This document shows, one piece after another, positions 12,113-25,808 of a DNA stretch of 64,000 nt. The DNA comes from Mytilus californianus. Taxonomy: Eukaryota. The stretch's first letter is position 1. Each line of letters opens with the position of its first letter. The DNA is taken from assembly GCF_021869535.1 (NCBI RefSeq), contig NW_026262637.1:6758001-6822000 (forward strand), given 5' to 3'. The notes below the pieces were generated by a model. That model was not told where the DNA came from and did no database searches. It saw nothing but the letters and a program-made list of their open reading frames with translations. The translations under genes and the position numbers were made by a program.

Positions 12113-14434
12113 TTTGGCCTATTATCTTGAAAACTTAAAGAGATAGATAGACACTATAAAAAGCAAAAATGATCAGCAAGACAAGATCTACTTTTAAGTT
12201 AAATTTTGCAGTAATCGTTAGTAAACTCTTTAAAGGAGTGATTGCCCTTTTTTTGTGTTTTTGACAGTCATGAATTTTATGCTAGTCCACAATGTTAGAG
12301 AGTGTTCATTGTTCAAGATTCACATAGACCTGGGTGAGGGACAAAGGCTCTTCTATTTATTACTTTTGAAATTTCAATTTCATGCACACGGCCCGCGGGT
12401 GATTGCTTTATCTGTGCAATTCGATGAGTAAATTACACTAGCCTTTTTCATCACAATCCTTTAATGTATTAATGTTTGGATTCTGCTCTGGTGATCTAAT
12501 TAAAAAAAAATAGGTATAGTATGAACTTAGGAGTTTGAGCTGTTAACACTAGCTTATACATTCTGATTTTGATATCTAATGCAATGCATATTTATATAAA
12601 TTTAAACAGATAAATTGTGTGGTTTAGTTTAAATGACCATTAAGTCTTAAATGAAGATTTGTAAACAGATAGGTCTTTTTATCAAACACAATTATCCCTG
12701 TCATTTCAAAAGAACCATTTAATGTTACAGATCTAAATTGATAATTTTTATTGTATTCAGTCTGATTGAATTTCTGACTAGACCTGGTGTTATTCACCTG
12801 ACAAGTTCTAATCAGAGAGATATATCTAACGGTAGAATTTAACACTAGTATTTAATGCAATGATACCTCACAGTTTAGTCATAATATGTTATATAAATTT
12901 TGAATTGTATTCCTGTACTTTGGACTTAGACTAAGTTAATTCATGTAATTAATAATTTTGATTTACTGTAAAAATAAATAAATAAATGTTAAAATATACA
13001 ATATTCATTGATATGCAAGGAATAAAGGATTATTTCTATGTAAGTTTCCCAAATTCTTTCTATAAATTAAATGTGAAATATAACAGTGTATACATGAATG
13101 GTTTTGCTGATAGAACTTATCGCTATCTTGGAATCTGCGACATTTGAACTATTGACGTCATACAACAATCACTTTTGCATTGTTGGGTCAAACATTTTGT
13201 CTTGTGACGTCATGATTTAACAGGAATATATCTGTTATGGCCAATGATAACGGACAAATAGCAATAAGGTGTATTGTTGAAGGCCATACAGTGACCTATA
13301 GTTTGCTAAGCTTTATGTCATTTGGTCTCTGGTGGAATGTTGTCTCATTAGCAATCATACCACATCTTCTTAGATTATATTGATATGAAAATCTTTAAAG
13401 CTTGTTTCTTCAAATAAAATTGCAGTAATGTAAAATAACAAAATATGAATGTTAGAAAGTTATAAAAAGAAAAATAGACCAGTCAACCATGTGATTCTTA
13501 GCTTGTTGACTTATTTATTGTTTTTGAAATTTAATAAGTTGGGAAAATATAGCAGAAAACATATATCATGGGACAGACAAGAGGTCAGGCTTTATCTTAC
13601 CTTAAAGTACTCCTGCTATTGAACAAATAAATGGACATTGCTGACAGCAACATATCGTGACTGGCCTTGTCACCCCTTATGTACCCTGCTAAAATATAAC
13701 AGTGACTTTTGTTGTTGGAGTATGCAGTATTGTAATTTGTATCTCTTTAATTTTATGGTGATCTGTTCAAGATAAAAGTCCTTTGGGATGAAATAATTTT
13801 TATGCCCCAATTACGATAGTAGGGGGCATATTGTTTTCTAGTCTGTATGTCTGTTCATCTGTCGCATATCAGGTCACATATCAGGTTGATGTTTTAGTTT
13901 ACTATGAATTTATGGTCACATCAACTTTGTGAACTTTTTTTTAAACAGGGCATGGTTTCCAATGAACATACTCCTGTTATTTTGTCAATATGAAGTTGTG
14001 AGAGTTCTTACCATTGAAGACATTGCAGTTACTTGAAGCATTTTGAGCAGTACATGTATCTTTACTTTGTTCATTTATAATTAAAATTTCAGGTGTTTGT
14101 AGTGATATCCCATTTTCCAACTTATTTTGTCCCTCCTACTGTATGACAAGGCGGGGAATCTCAAGTTTAGTGATAATCCTTCTCATGTAATGTTGACAAT
14201 TAAACACCTTAATAACAGGTTAAAATGGTTTGATAAGCACTTTTAATTTTATTCTCATCAGACTTGGACAAAACTTATACGTAAAGCTGTTGCCAATCTA
14301 AACTAGAGACATCAACTAATTTGTGAGGTGTGTCCTACTTGTAAATTTTGTTACATGTTTGCCCTATAATGACTTAGAAAAGGAAGGAATGTGATAATGG
14401 CCTTGCTTTTTGTGTGTTTTTGCTGTGCATGTAT

Positions 14435-14589
14435 AGGGGTGGATCCAGCCATTTTTAAAAGGGGAAGTTTCAACCCAGGATAAAGTAGGGTTCCAACACT
14501 ACATTGTATGTCCCCATTCAAAAGCATTGTTTGTCAAAAAAAAGGGGAGTTCCAAACCCCGGAAACCCCCCCCTTCTGGATCCGCCTCT
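14435..14589. mobile_element. Short MITE with AGGGGTGGATCCAG...CTGGATCCGCCTCT inverted termini (PIF/Harbinger-like)
   Basis: 14-bp imperfect inverted termini around a 155-bp element. The TSD is unclear and the superfamily is inferred from terminal sequence only. Confidence 0.55.
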
Positions 14590-17500
14590 GATGTACTGAT
14601 TTTTGTGTCATGGATGGATACCCCATATCCTTTGTTTTTCTATTAAATTTATTTGGCCTTACTTTGGACTAAAATTTAAAGTTTTAATTTGAGATTGACC
14701 TTTTTTGTCTATTTTAATCACAGGTTTTCAATCAATCTAATTAATAGAATTAGTTCTCCGCACTTGCTCCTCATTTTCGTTTGGTTGTTTATATGTCGTG
14801 TGACGTACAAATGTATAACCAACTGAACGAAAATGAGGAGCAATTAAGTGCCATAAGTGTGGGGAACTAATTTTAATTAGATTGGATTTCAATTATGTTG
14901 AAATTTTGTTGACAAAATGAAAATCCATAATTATTATATCATCAAACAATGAAAACATTATATCTATTCAACATCAAACTAATAATTGATTAATAAAAAC
15001 ATTGAAGACTGTGAGGATGAACTTTGGTTTGACATCCTGTTTTCCCTATCATTTAACTATAATTCATATCAAAGTTTATAGACCCTTGTATAATGTTGTA
15101 ATTTAATTACACAAATTTCAAAGCAACATGTTGAAATAGACCATTTGATCATTTTACCTGTATGAAATTTAAATGTTATAAATTCTCTAAAGTTGTTGAT
15201 ATAAACGGTCTATTTACCTATATACTTATATATGACAAAAGTAAGCGTGTTTTATTGATCGGAACAGAAACGTCACAGTGTGTCCATCCATTTGTGCTTC
15301 ACTGATTAGAAGAAATTCTTATAGGAAGTATCCAAACACCTGGATTTCAGAACTGTGTATTTTGTGTTGTATTAATCATATTAAATCTGGTACAATGTAA
15401 TGTGTTAAATGAAAATAGATAGTTGTCACAAAGGATATATATATATATAATTGGAGAAAAGGGAATAATTTTAACATGTTTAAACTCATCTTATGATGGA
15501 TCCTGAAGGTAAAGTTAACAATTTCTGGCTTTAATTGATATAATTACAATGTCAGTATTTTTATTGATCAATTTTAATGTAAAAATCTTAGAATCAGTTT
15601 CTGATTGATTTCCTTCAACAGAAAAGCAAATTATTTCATTTGTTCTTCAATGTTGAGTGAAGCCTTTGGAAAAAAATAATAAGTTTCGAGCTTCATTAAG
15701 AATTATAATTATGCTTTATATGAATTTGATGTATTCAATGTTTCATTTAAAAAAAAATTACTGGATTAACAATAAATGTTATGTTGTGTTTATGAAGGTA
15801 TTATAATAGTTCAATTTTTTTTGTCTGACCTTAGATTCAGCCTATCTAATAGAAAACCAATGATTTTATAATTAAGTGAAAAAGTGATTTAATTGGAATG
15901 TCTATATCGATTTTTCGAAAAAAAATAATCAAAAATGATCCAAGTCAAAGCATTTATAATTATTAAAGTGCAACATCTAGATCTACAGACTTTAGCTCAT
16001 GAATTGTTGTATAAACAGAATTCAAAAACAATGTTTGTCTTGAAATGATTTACAGATTAAATATTGAGATTTAATACTATTAAAATAATTAAACTTAAAT
16101 GGTATTAATGCAAGTATAAATAGTTTACTAGTTAATAGTGTGGACTAGAGATACAACCCTCTCCACTAGTCCTCAAATGGTTGTCATATTCTCTAGTATA
16201 TTATAGCATAGATGTACATCTATGGTGTTGGTATAGGTTTTGATTGTAAAATAGGAGAGAAAGTATTTGGATCAAATTGTAAACTGTTTCATCTTTGGTC
16301 TCTGATGGATATTTGTTTCTTTGGCTATCATACCACATCTCCTAAATGCTTATTTTTATAGCTGAAATAAAGATATGTTATGTGAATGTCAACAATATAT
16401 CCAGCTAATACCAAATGACAGAATGACCACATCTATCATGTATATATAGGTCATTATAGTGTTCAACAATGATGAGAACTCTGAACTGTTAGGTCAGATG
16501 TCAAAGCTCTTAGTTGTGAAGAAAATATTGAAATATTAAGCTTCTGTTAAATAAGAATAGAAAGCTAAAGAACATGTATTTAAACTAATTGATCTTTTAT
16601 AAATATCAGATACATGTAGTTTAGCACTTAATTGTGGATAGTTTACAAATGTTTGCCCCTCAGACAGAAACTCAACAATTTAATAGGAATGATACGTAAT
16701 GCTTACAAGGTGTCATGCATAATCTTTGGACTTACAAATTATGTATAAGGATGTGGTCATGGTTACAGTAAAAGTTGTCTGAAATTTGATTGTATAACTT
16801 TAATAATAAATATGTTTAGAACAATGTAAATTTGAATGAGGATACAAAATTTTACATGAATGTAAAATCTTGTATGTGTCTGTACTGTCAATTCTTACAT
16901 ACAATGTATTTACAACACACAAAATGTACTAGTATTGTTGTAAAACCATTATGATTATTGACAATAGCCTGAACCTTATTGTATATAGACAGTCAACACC
17001 TACAATGTACCAGAATAGTAAACATGTCATAAATATTTACAACAATGTTATAAATTTAACTGAAATTAAAATTAAACAGAAATTACTATCTTGCACATAT
17101 TTGTACTTTAATTTCAAAAGTAGGTAAAGTATTATTAATTTGATGCTCACCCTCTCAAATTCAGTAAATATCCTTATTGTAAATGGTTCCAGTCAGCATT
17201 AGGAACTCTAGCATTTGACTACGATGACACAGTTTACAGTAGTTCTAATAGTTATTATAAGGGTTCTAACTTAAAATATGTAATAACATATAAAGAAAAT
17301 ATTTTAGAAAGAGGAATTAAAGCCATCAATGGTTTGTTTTGTTTTTTATCCTTTGAATTCATGCATACATACATGCATGCATGTATATGTTATGTATACA
17401 GTTCCTTTTACTTATCTGATGAACTTTCATACTGCCAAAGGTCAGTGGTTCTCTCTGGGCACTAGGACTTCCTCCGCCATATAGTCCATAGTGCTGAAAG

Positions 17501-20352
17501 TGGCATTAAACACCATCAATCAATAAATCCATACTGTGACCAAAGTAAAATATTTCAGAAACATGTTGTATGCCTTGAAATAGAGATCAACTTTATTGTA
17601 GCTTATTTCACCATCAATTTTTTAAAAGTACATTATTAAGCATTTACATTTATACATATTTTTCTTCTCAGCTTGCAACGTCAACTTAGCTTGTGATCTC
17701 ACATTAGGGTTTAGACAAACCCTCTGAAATTCTTTACTATGGCTATGAAATGTTTAAAAAATGTGCATAAATTAGACAGAAAAATTATCTGAATACATAA
17801 ACTTCTTTATAGGCTTTAGATTTCCATTACCTGCCAGTCCTTGGGGTCTCAAAAGAAAATTACACTTCAAATTGCTTTTGTAAAATGAATTTTAATTTTG
17901 ATGCTTCGATATAGGGACTTGTTCCCAGTGTAGACAATGTGGATCTTCTGAACTTCAATTCTAGTTCTAGTGCATTAATAGTTAGCTACAGGGATAAGTG
18001 CCTGTGATCTCTCCTACTATTTGGAGCCAAATGAACTTATAGATCTGGGCCTACAGTCATAAACCTTTACTCAGTAATCAAAGTACAAAATTTGTGTTCG
18101 AAACATCAAATCCAACATTTTGGCAGGTTGAATTCTGAGTATGATAATCATATTCCAAATTTTTATGACTGCGAGGCCTGGCATTAGTCCTAATTATAAA
18201 ATTGTAAAAAATATATTAGAGACATGTCATATGTACTATCTGCTTTCAACAAAGTCATTTATAGAAATCTTATTGGACAAACTGTAAAGGAAGTTTAGCT
18301 GCACTTGATCCCTCATGTTCATGTTTGAAGACAACAGGCTTTGTTGAATGTTTTTGGCAATATTTGCAATTGTTTAGTCACAGGTTATAGGTATTAAATT
18401 GATTTAATCCATAAACATTTAAATGTTGAGAAGGAATTATAAATAGGGTTTTGTTATAAAGTTTGAAGTAATAATTTAAAAAGACGGACATGGTTTAGCA
18501 AAATAGTTCCTGTCAAACTAGTTATGTCGATAATGACTGTTAGCTCAGGATATAATAAAGGTAAATTGATTTCTTAAAAACTCATTATCGAAAAAAGTTA
18601 ACATTGTTATAGTTCTCATTATCAGTCAAAGATTTTTATCATGAAATTACTGTTGCTAATTCTTTTTTATGAGCTTCAGTCCGTACAATGGCCATTTCCT
18701 TCTTGTATTGAAGATCTATACATTGGTAATTAAGCTTTTATAGTCAGAAATTTAAAACCAATATGTACTTCATGTTAACATATTTCATTTAAAAAAAAAA
18801 ATTGTATTTGTTAATTATGTATGTCCTTTTCGGGCAGCCTTTTTGATTTGCTTCCTTTTAAAAGTGCTTGAGCCTTGCAGAGTATTTTACGAACCTTGAA
18901 AGTCCAAGACCTACAATCCAACCTCAGTTAAAACAAAAATGATTAGTGAATATGTGTATAAATGTACAATGAATGTCATTATTTTAAAATGAAATGTTTC
19001 CCATTAAGTCCTTGTGATGTTTCAAAAGAAGCAAGCGCCCTTCCTTTTGTTAAACATATAATTTGCATCTAGTTGTTCCTTGTTTTTTCATATAAAAGGT
19101 TGATGTGGTTGTACTGATATATTTATAATTTATCATGAAATATGTTCAAATGTAGAAAAAAATTATTCTGCCTTTAATTGGTCCTTTATTTTGAACTAAA
19201 TACTTGAAATAATTCAAATAAGTATGAATTCTAGGAATTGTTAATGACTAATTAATGAGTTAGCAAGAACAGGACATGGAAAACCAATAATCTTAAGGTC
19301 AACAAAGTTTATCTTTTAGAAATGTTTGAAAAATTTCATCTTGTATACACTTCATTTTGTTTTTCACATGTTGGGGTCTTAGTTTTGCATTGCTGTACTC
19401 TAAATTTAAGAAGTTCTCATAATAAAATATATTGATTTCATTAAGAGGGTTAAATTTAACTATGTACATGTATAAGGGAAAAGAAAAATAATGATTGTTT
19501 TTATAATCAAAGAAAGAATGTAGATATTGGAAGTGAGTGTTTTCATAACCACTCAATAACAACTTTATAAAGTATAGAATATAGATTTTATGTCAAGAGG
19601 TAAAATCAATGATGAACCAAAATAATGTTATCAGTTTTATACTGTATAAGGAATACAACTGATATTGATTCAGTGACAAAGCATACAATTATATTATGTT
19701 CATGTGGTTAAATTAGCTTTAGCTACATACTACCAAACAAATAGGGCCAACATATTTGGTTATGTGTTTGCTTAGCCTGCTTTGAGATTTTTGGTCGAGT
19801 TTTTTCTTTTCCATTCTATTAATGTGAACACATGTATCTTCACCGACTTGTGATAAAAAAAACAAAATTTGAATACATTTATCATTACAATTCCCAATAT
19901 GTGATTTACACACAGACAGAGTTGTCTTCCTTGCAGACAGGTTTTCTGATATATTTGTCAAATTAGGTTTTCTTAAAATAACTTTGTGAATTGATGATAG
20001 TGGATAAGCATTGTAACTCAGTTTTCTTTCAAGCTTTGTCTTCAAATAGAAAGTCTTTACATTAGCTGTCATTTAAGATATTCTGTCAATATTGCAACAT
20101 TATGTTCAGACAATGCAAGGGCTGTATAGCCAGTCAAGGTCGTTAAAAACTCCCATCATCAACATTATTTTTAGTTGTCAACTTTGCACCCACCGTGCAA
20201 GACCCTCATGGGTAGTCCAGGTTGTTAAAAAAAAACCTTGTCGAACATAATTTTCTTCAGACAGACTGTTTGGAAGGTACATGTATAATGACAAATGGTG
20301 ATTGACGTGGTCAGAAGTCCCAGATTCTTTAACGTGTTTTTTTACTTAGCAG

Positions 20353-20448
20353 GTAATACAAAGAAGTTTCTGTATAGTGGTCCAAAGAAAGAAGACCAAG
20401 AGGAACAATGGACATTTTCTCCACGTAAACAACAGGCCTCTCCTAGAG
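20353..20448 (+). CDS. Exon of unidentified host gene A (phase 1-1): GNTKKFLYSGPKKEDQEEQWTFSPRKQQASPR
   Basis: Acceptor TTACTTAGCAG, donor GTACTT (weak). The phase joins in frame to 21456. Confidence 0.55.
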
Positions 20449-20885
20449 GTACTTTAAATAAGTCATATATTGATGGTTGACATACTTATTTACATGAATT
20501 AAATTAAATATGGAGTTATATCAATGAGACAGCTATTCAGTGATGACCTCTTTTAAGTCATTAGTAGGAACTCATTCTAAAAAGGCAGCTTAGCTCTTAA
20601 TGCCCCTTACATTGCCCCATAAGTTATAGAAGTGATAAGCTGTTAAAATATCCATGACCACAGTAGATCAGTATTTGAAATAATGAAAAAGGAGATGTAG
20701 ACATAAATGAGCCAGTCATGCCAGTAACCCACCTACACAAGTTTACCCAAAACTGACAATTTACCGTTAACACTTCATTCGACACACATACTGGTATATG
20801 TGAAAAAACAACAAAAAGAGACAGCATATATATATATATATATTTCAAATAACAAAACAATTGAAAATGCCAAATGTCACTTTCT

Positions 20886-20917
<32 letters not shown>

Positions 20918-21455
20918 AAGAAATGGATAACGAAATGTTTGAGTTATGATTTTAAAAGACAAAAGTTATGAAAAAAATCACTGACATGTTTTAGTCCATA
21001 AGCATTAAAAACATCAACATTTTTCTGATTAGGAGTTGTCACAAGAAAGAGAATGCCTAGTAAAATTATGGATATTTTGAACAGACCTGCCACCTTATAA
21101 TAGCTACTTATCTGAGGGATTTTGTCTTTGAGTTCGATGTCTGTAAAGGATTTTTTTCATGAAGCAAATTAACTATTTGCAAAAAAAAAAGGAAGAAAAA
21201 AAGAATAGTTGTTATATTCTGTTCACGTAGACCAAATACTTTCCAAAACTTAGGTCCTGGGTTCAATCCCAGCATGGTCAAACCAAAGACTTGGTATTTG
21301 CTGCTTCTCTGCTTAGCACATTGCATTTAGAAGTAAGAGCAAAGACTGATGGCCTATTTTAAGTTAATTATTCTTATTCAGTCTTTGCTAAGTTTTTTTA
21401 CTTTCAGCGTAAGGAATAATAACTTGTATGTATAAGCTGTGCTCATTTATTTCAG

Positions 21456-21590
21456 AAACACAGTTTGGTGTAGACGATGTATGGAGTATACAGAAAAATG
21501 TTTCTTTAGGAAAAAATATAAAGCCTTCTACAGATGGACTTAATCTGAAAGCAAACAATACTTATTACTCTAGATACGGGAATGTAAAAG
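21456..21590 (+). CDS. Exon of host gene A (phase 1-1): ETQFGVDDVWSIQKNVSLGKNIKPSTDGLNLKANNTYYSRYGNVK
   Basis: Acceptor TTATTTCAG, donor GTATGA, 135 bp, open frame. Confidence 0.7.
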
Positions 21591-23551
21591 GTATGAATTT
21601 TCACTGTGGTTATTTCTGAAAATAACCATTTGTGGTATTTTAGTAACACGTGAGTTCAAGATTTAATTTTCAGTGTGATGTTTGGTTCAACTGTTGTCTG
21701 TTCTATGTATGGAGAGTGCTGTGGTCTAGGCATGTTAAAGAACACATTCAACAACTCTCTGCAGCGTCTTGGTGGTGGCCTTTTGCAATGCAAGATTTAA
21801 ACTGCTTCTTTTTTTTTCTCTAGTAGGAAACCCCTTTCTAAAGTTCCTGGATTGGTGCATGTGAAAAGGCAATTTATTAATATACAAACATAAACTTTTT
21901 TTGTATATATGAAAAGGTATATCATAGGCTTTGTTAGGACAACTAAGTAAACAGTCCTTGAAAAGATCTATTTTGACTGATTTTCTTTACATGAGAACAA
22001 TATTTGTTTATAATTTCCCTTTGGAATTACTTCAAATGTTTAAAGCAAACATTTGGACATTCATGTGTTGAATTATTTCTTATCCTTAATCAGTAATTTA
22101 CAAGATACAAATCATTTAAAGACAACTTTAAAGTTTGTATAAATATTATTGACTGCATGTTTTTTTAAATCAAAAGTAAAATATATTTCTCCTACTTATT
22201 GTATGCTATAAAGGTTATCTTTAATGTCAATTTTACTTTCATGCTACAAACCATACATTATACTTAGTACTCATAAAGATTCACTGTCCTAAATCTCAAT
22301 ATTTACCAAACTATAGACCAAGATTTAAATTCTGAACATTAATGTGAACTTATTGATCATACTGTATGGTGTGAATATCAAATCTACAGATCTGAAGATG
22401 AGGTTTATTTTAATTTTATCATGTGAAATATAATCATGATAATACTGTCATGACACATATAGAAGTTAAAGCTTATTACAACCAAACAATTTATATTGTT
22501 TGGTATTAAAATAAGACAATAAAATTTTATATTTGATGTTTTTTGTATCAGATAGGGGATTCCCAATAGCATAAATATACAATTCACCACCATGAAAAGG
22601 TTAAAGAAGCAATAAATACATTGCACTGTTACACTTAAAATAATAAATGTAATGGGAAGAAGGGATATGAAGTATTAATTCATACTGATTAAAACTATGA
22701 AAAGGAACAGTGAAAGAATAAGGGGCCCTATAACTCTGTCTTACCATCCAGATGGTCAGCATGCCATATCCTTAAATTTGCGGTATAAACTGAGATTTTG
22801 TTAAACAATCTAAAATTTTAAGAAACAATTTTTTGTGCAAAGAATAAGATTTCTATGTAAATTGATAATGAGGTTAAACTTGCTATTCCATATTGATTAA
22901 ATTGTTTCTGTCGGTCACCATTCTCAAAAATTTGAGGTAAAAACTTCACAAATGCTGAAAAACATATTTATGAGCTAGGATTTACCAATTGATATATAAA
23001 TACTTCTCTTATTCTTAGCTGATTTATGCTTTTTTCTAACCTGTTGATTAATTTTTTTTTTAATCAACACGTGGTTCATTTGATCTCAGTTCTTCATTGA
23101 GTTATGATGTCAATTTTCTTGCTTGGAACCACTAAATTTCCTATTGTGACATCACGAAAAAAGGCAACTATGCCTGATGTTGTCACATTGAAAAAACACA
23201 TCTTTTTGCAGATCATTAAAAAAGAAAGATTAAGTTTGTCTGCATTATCTTTAGAAAAAATGATTCCACCACCAAATTTTGTGCTATATGACATGTATGA
23301 TATTTCTCCACTCTCAACAGTTAAATGTTGATGCCCCTGCCACAAAATGTCGGGAGGGCATATTTATTTTTTTGGTACTAGCTGCATAAAGAGATCATGG
23401 TTTGTCCAGCTATCTCATGTATCTCCTCCTACAGTTTTGGAGGTACATAGCTTTAATATTTTGTAGGATATTCATAATGGAGGTGTGCATGGCCACAGGA
23501 TTTTGATTTCTTTTAAATATGCTAAAAAGGACAGGTAGTTGGACTTAGTCA

Positions 23552-25267
23552 TTTTTAGCTCACCTGGCCCGAAGGGCCAAGTGAGCTTTTCTCATCACTT
23601 GGCGTCCGTCGTCCGGCGTCCGGCGTCGTCCGTCGTCGGCGTTAACTTTTTACATTTTGAACTTCTTCTAGAGAACCACTGAATGGAATGAAACCAAACA
23701 TGGCATGAATGTTCCTTATGAGGTGTTGACCAAGTGTTGTTACTTTGTAGCCGATCCATCATCCAAGATGGCTGCCAGCGGGGGACTTAGTTTTACATAG
23801 GACCCTATGGGAAATGCATACAAATGACTTCTTTTAGAGAACCACTGAATGGAATGAAACCAAACATGGCATGAATGTTCCTTATGAGGTGCTCACCAAG
23901 TGTTGTTACTTTGTAGCCGATCCATCATCCAAGATGGCCGCCAGCAGGGGACTTAGTTTAACATAGGACCCTATGGGAAATGCATACAAATGACTTCTTT
24001 TAGAGAACCACTGAATGGAATGAAACCAAACATGGCATGAATGTTCCTTATGAGGTGCTCACCAAGTGTTGTTACTTTGTAGCCGATCCATCATCCAAGA
24101 TGGCCGCCAGCGGGGGACTTAGTTTAACATAGGACCCTATGGGAAATGCATACAAATGACTTCTTTTAGAGAACCACTGAATGGAATAAAACCAAACATG
24201 GCATGAATGTTCCTTATGAGGTGCTGACCATGTGTTGTTACTTTGTAGCCGATCCATCATCCAAGATGGCCACCATCGGGGAACTTAGTTTAACATAGGA
24301 CCCTATGGGAAATACATACAAATGTCTTCTTTTAGAGAACCACTGAATGGAATGAAACCAAACATGGCATGAATGTTCCTTATGAGGTGCTGACCAAGTG
24401 TTGTTACTTTGTAGCCGATCCATTATCCAAGATGGCCGCCAGCGGGGGACTTAGTTTAACATAGGACCCTATGGGAAATACATACAAATGTCTTCTTTTA
24501 GAGAACCACTGAATGGAATGGAACCAAACATGGCATGAATGTTCCTTATGAGATGCTGACCAAGTGTTGTTACTTTGCAGTTGGTCCATCATCCAAGATG
24601 GCCGCCAGCAGGGGACTTAGTTTAACATAGGACCCTATGGGAAATACATACAAATGTCTTCTTTTAGAGAACCACTGAATGGAATGAAACCAAACATGGC
24701 ATGAATGTTCCTTATGAGGTGCTGACCAAGTGTTGTTACTTTACAGTCGGTCCATCATCCAAGATGGCCGACAGCAGGGGACTTAGTTTAACAAAGGACC
24801 TATGGGAAATACATACAAATGTCTTCTTTTAGCGAACCACTGAATGGAATGAAACCAAACATGGCATGAATGTTCCTTATGAGGTACTGACCAAGTGTTG
24901 TTACTTTGCAGTCGGTCCATCATCCAAGATGGCCGACAGCAGGGGACTTAGTTTAACAAAGGACCTATGGGAAATACATACAAATGTCATCTTTTAGAGA
25001 ACCACTGAATGGAATGAAACCAAACATGTTATGAATCTTCCTTATGAGATGCTGACCAAGTGTTGTTACTTTGTAGCCGATCCATCATCCAAGATGGCCG
25101 ACAGCGGGGGACTTAGTTTAACATAGGACCCTATGGGAAATACATACAATTGTCTTCTTTTAGAGAACCACTGAATGGAATTGAACCAAACATGGCATGA
25201 ATGTTCCTTATGAGTTGCTGACCAAGTGTTGTTACTTTGCAGTTGATCCATCATCCAAGATGGCCGC

Positions 25268-25298
<31 letters not shown>

Positions 25299-25607
25299 TT
25301 AGTTTAACATAGGACCCTATGGGAAATACATACAAATGTCTTCTTTTAGAGTACCACTGAATGGAATGAAACCAAACATGGCATGAATGTTCCTTATGAA
25401 GTGCTGACCAAGTGTTGCTACTTTGTTGCCGATTTACTGTTCAAGATGGCCACCAGGATATTTTATTAAATAACGGGACCAATATTAATCAAAATTTGGC
25501 CTCAATCATTATTTGGGTATCTGTTATGATTTTTATCTATCTTTACATGATTTCTAAAACCAAAGTAGAGTCAGGTGAGCGACACAGGCTCTTGAGAGCC
25601 TCTAGTT
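23552..25607 (+). mobile_element. Complete Helentron-associated (HINE-like) element carrying an internal 166-bp tandem array
   Basis: 5' subterminal IR AGCTCACCTG with hairpin GGCCCGAAGGGCC and a (CGTC/CGGC) microsatellite. 3' CAGGTGAGCG (25572-25581) and stem-loop AGGCTC-TTGA-GAGCCT (25586-25601). Inserted in T-runs. Confidence 0.85.
23670..25455. repeat. Tandem array of about 10.6 copies of a 166-bp unit inside the HINE
   Basis: AGAGAACCACTGAATGG and its variants start at 23670, 23836, 24002, 24168, 24334, 24500, 24666, 24831, 24996, 25162 and 25348. Confidence 0.95.
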
Positions 25608-25808
25608 TTGGTACTAGCTGCATAAAGAGATCATGGTTTGTCCGGCTATCTCCTCCTACAGTTACATCATCATACATAGTGTTAAATTTATAATTTCCTA
25701 TGGTCAGGTGGGGGCATCATTTGTGTCTTACAGACAGCGTAACAATTTCAAGTTGTATGCCAACATCACTGTTTGTCAAATCTAAAATATGCGGGGGGCA
25801 TTGTCCAT

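Noticed and set aside
17670-18380. GC-richer stretch with several AG/GT signals as further exons or a LINE relic
   Set aside because: Every frame I tried on both strands hit stops within about 40 codons and gave no recognisable motif.
20261-20276. 16-nt microexon (TDCLE) upstream of host exon 20353
   Set aside because: The splice signals and phase are compatible, but it is too short to distinguish from chance.
23670-25455. 166-bp array (and the 41-bp and 31-bp arrays) as CRISPR arrays, or as repeated peptide genes (MMDRLQSNN... ORFs)
   Set aside because: Units repeat head to tail with no unique spacers, there are no cas genes, and the context is eukaryotic. The ORFs are chance frames of a non-coding repeat.
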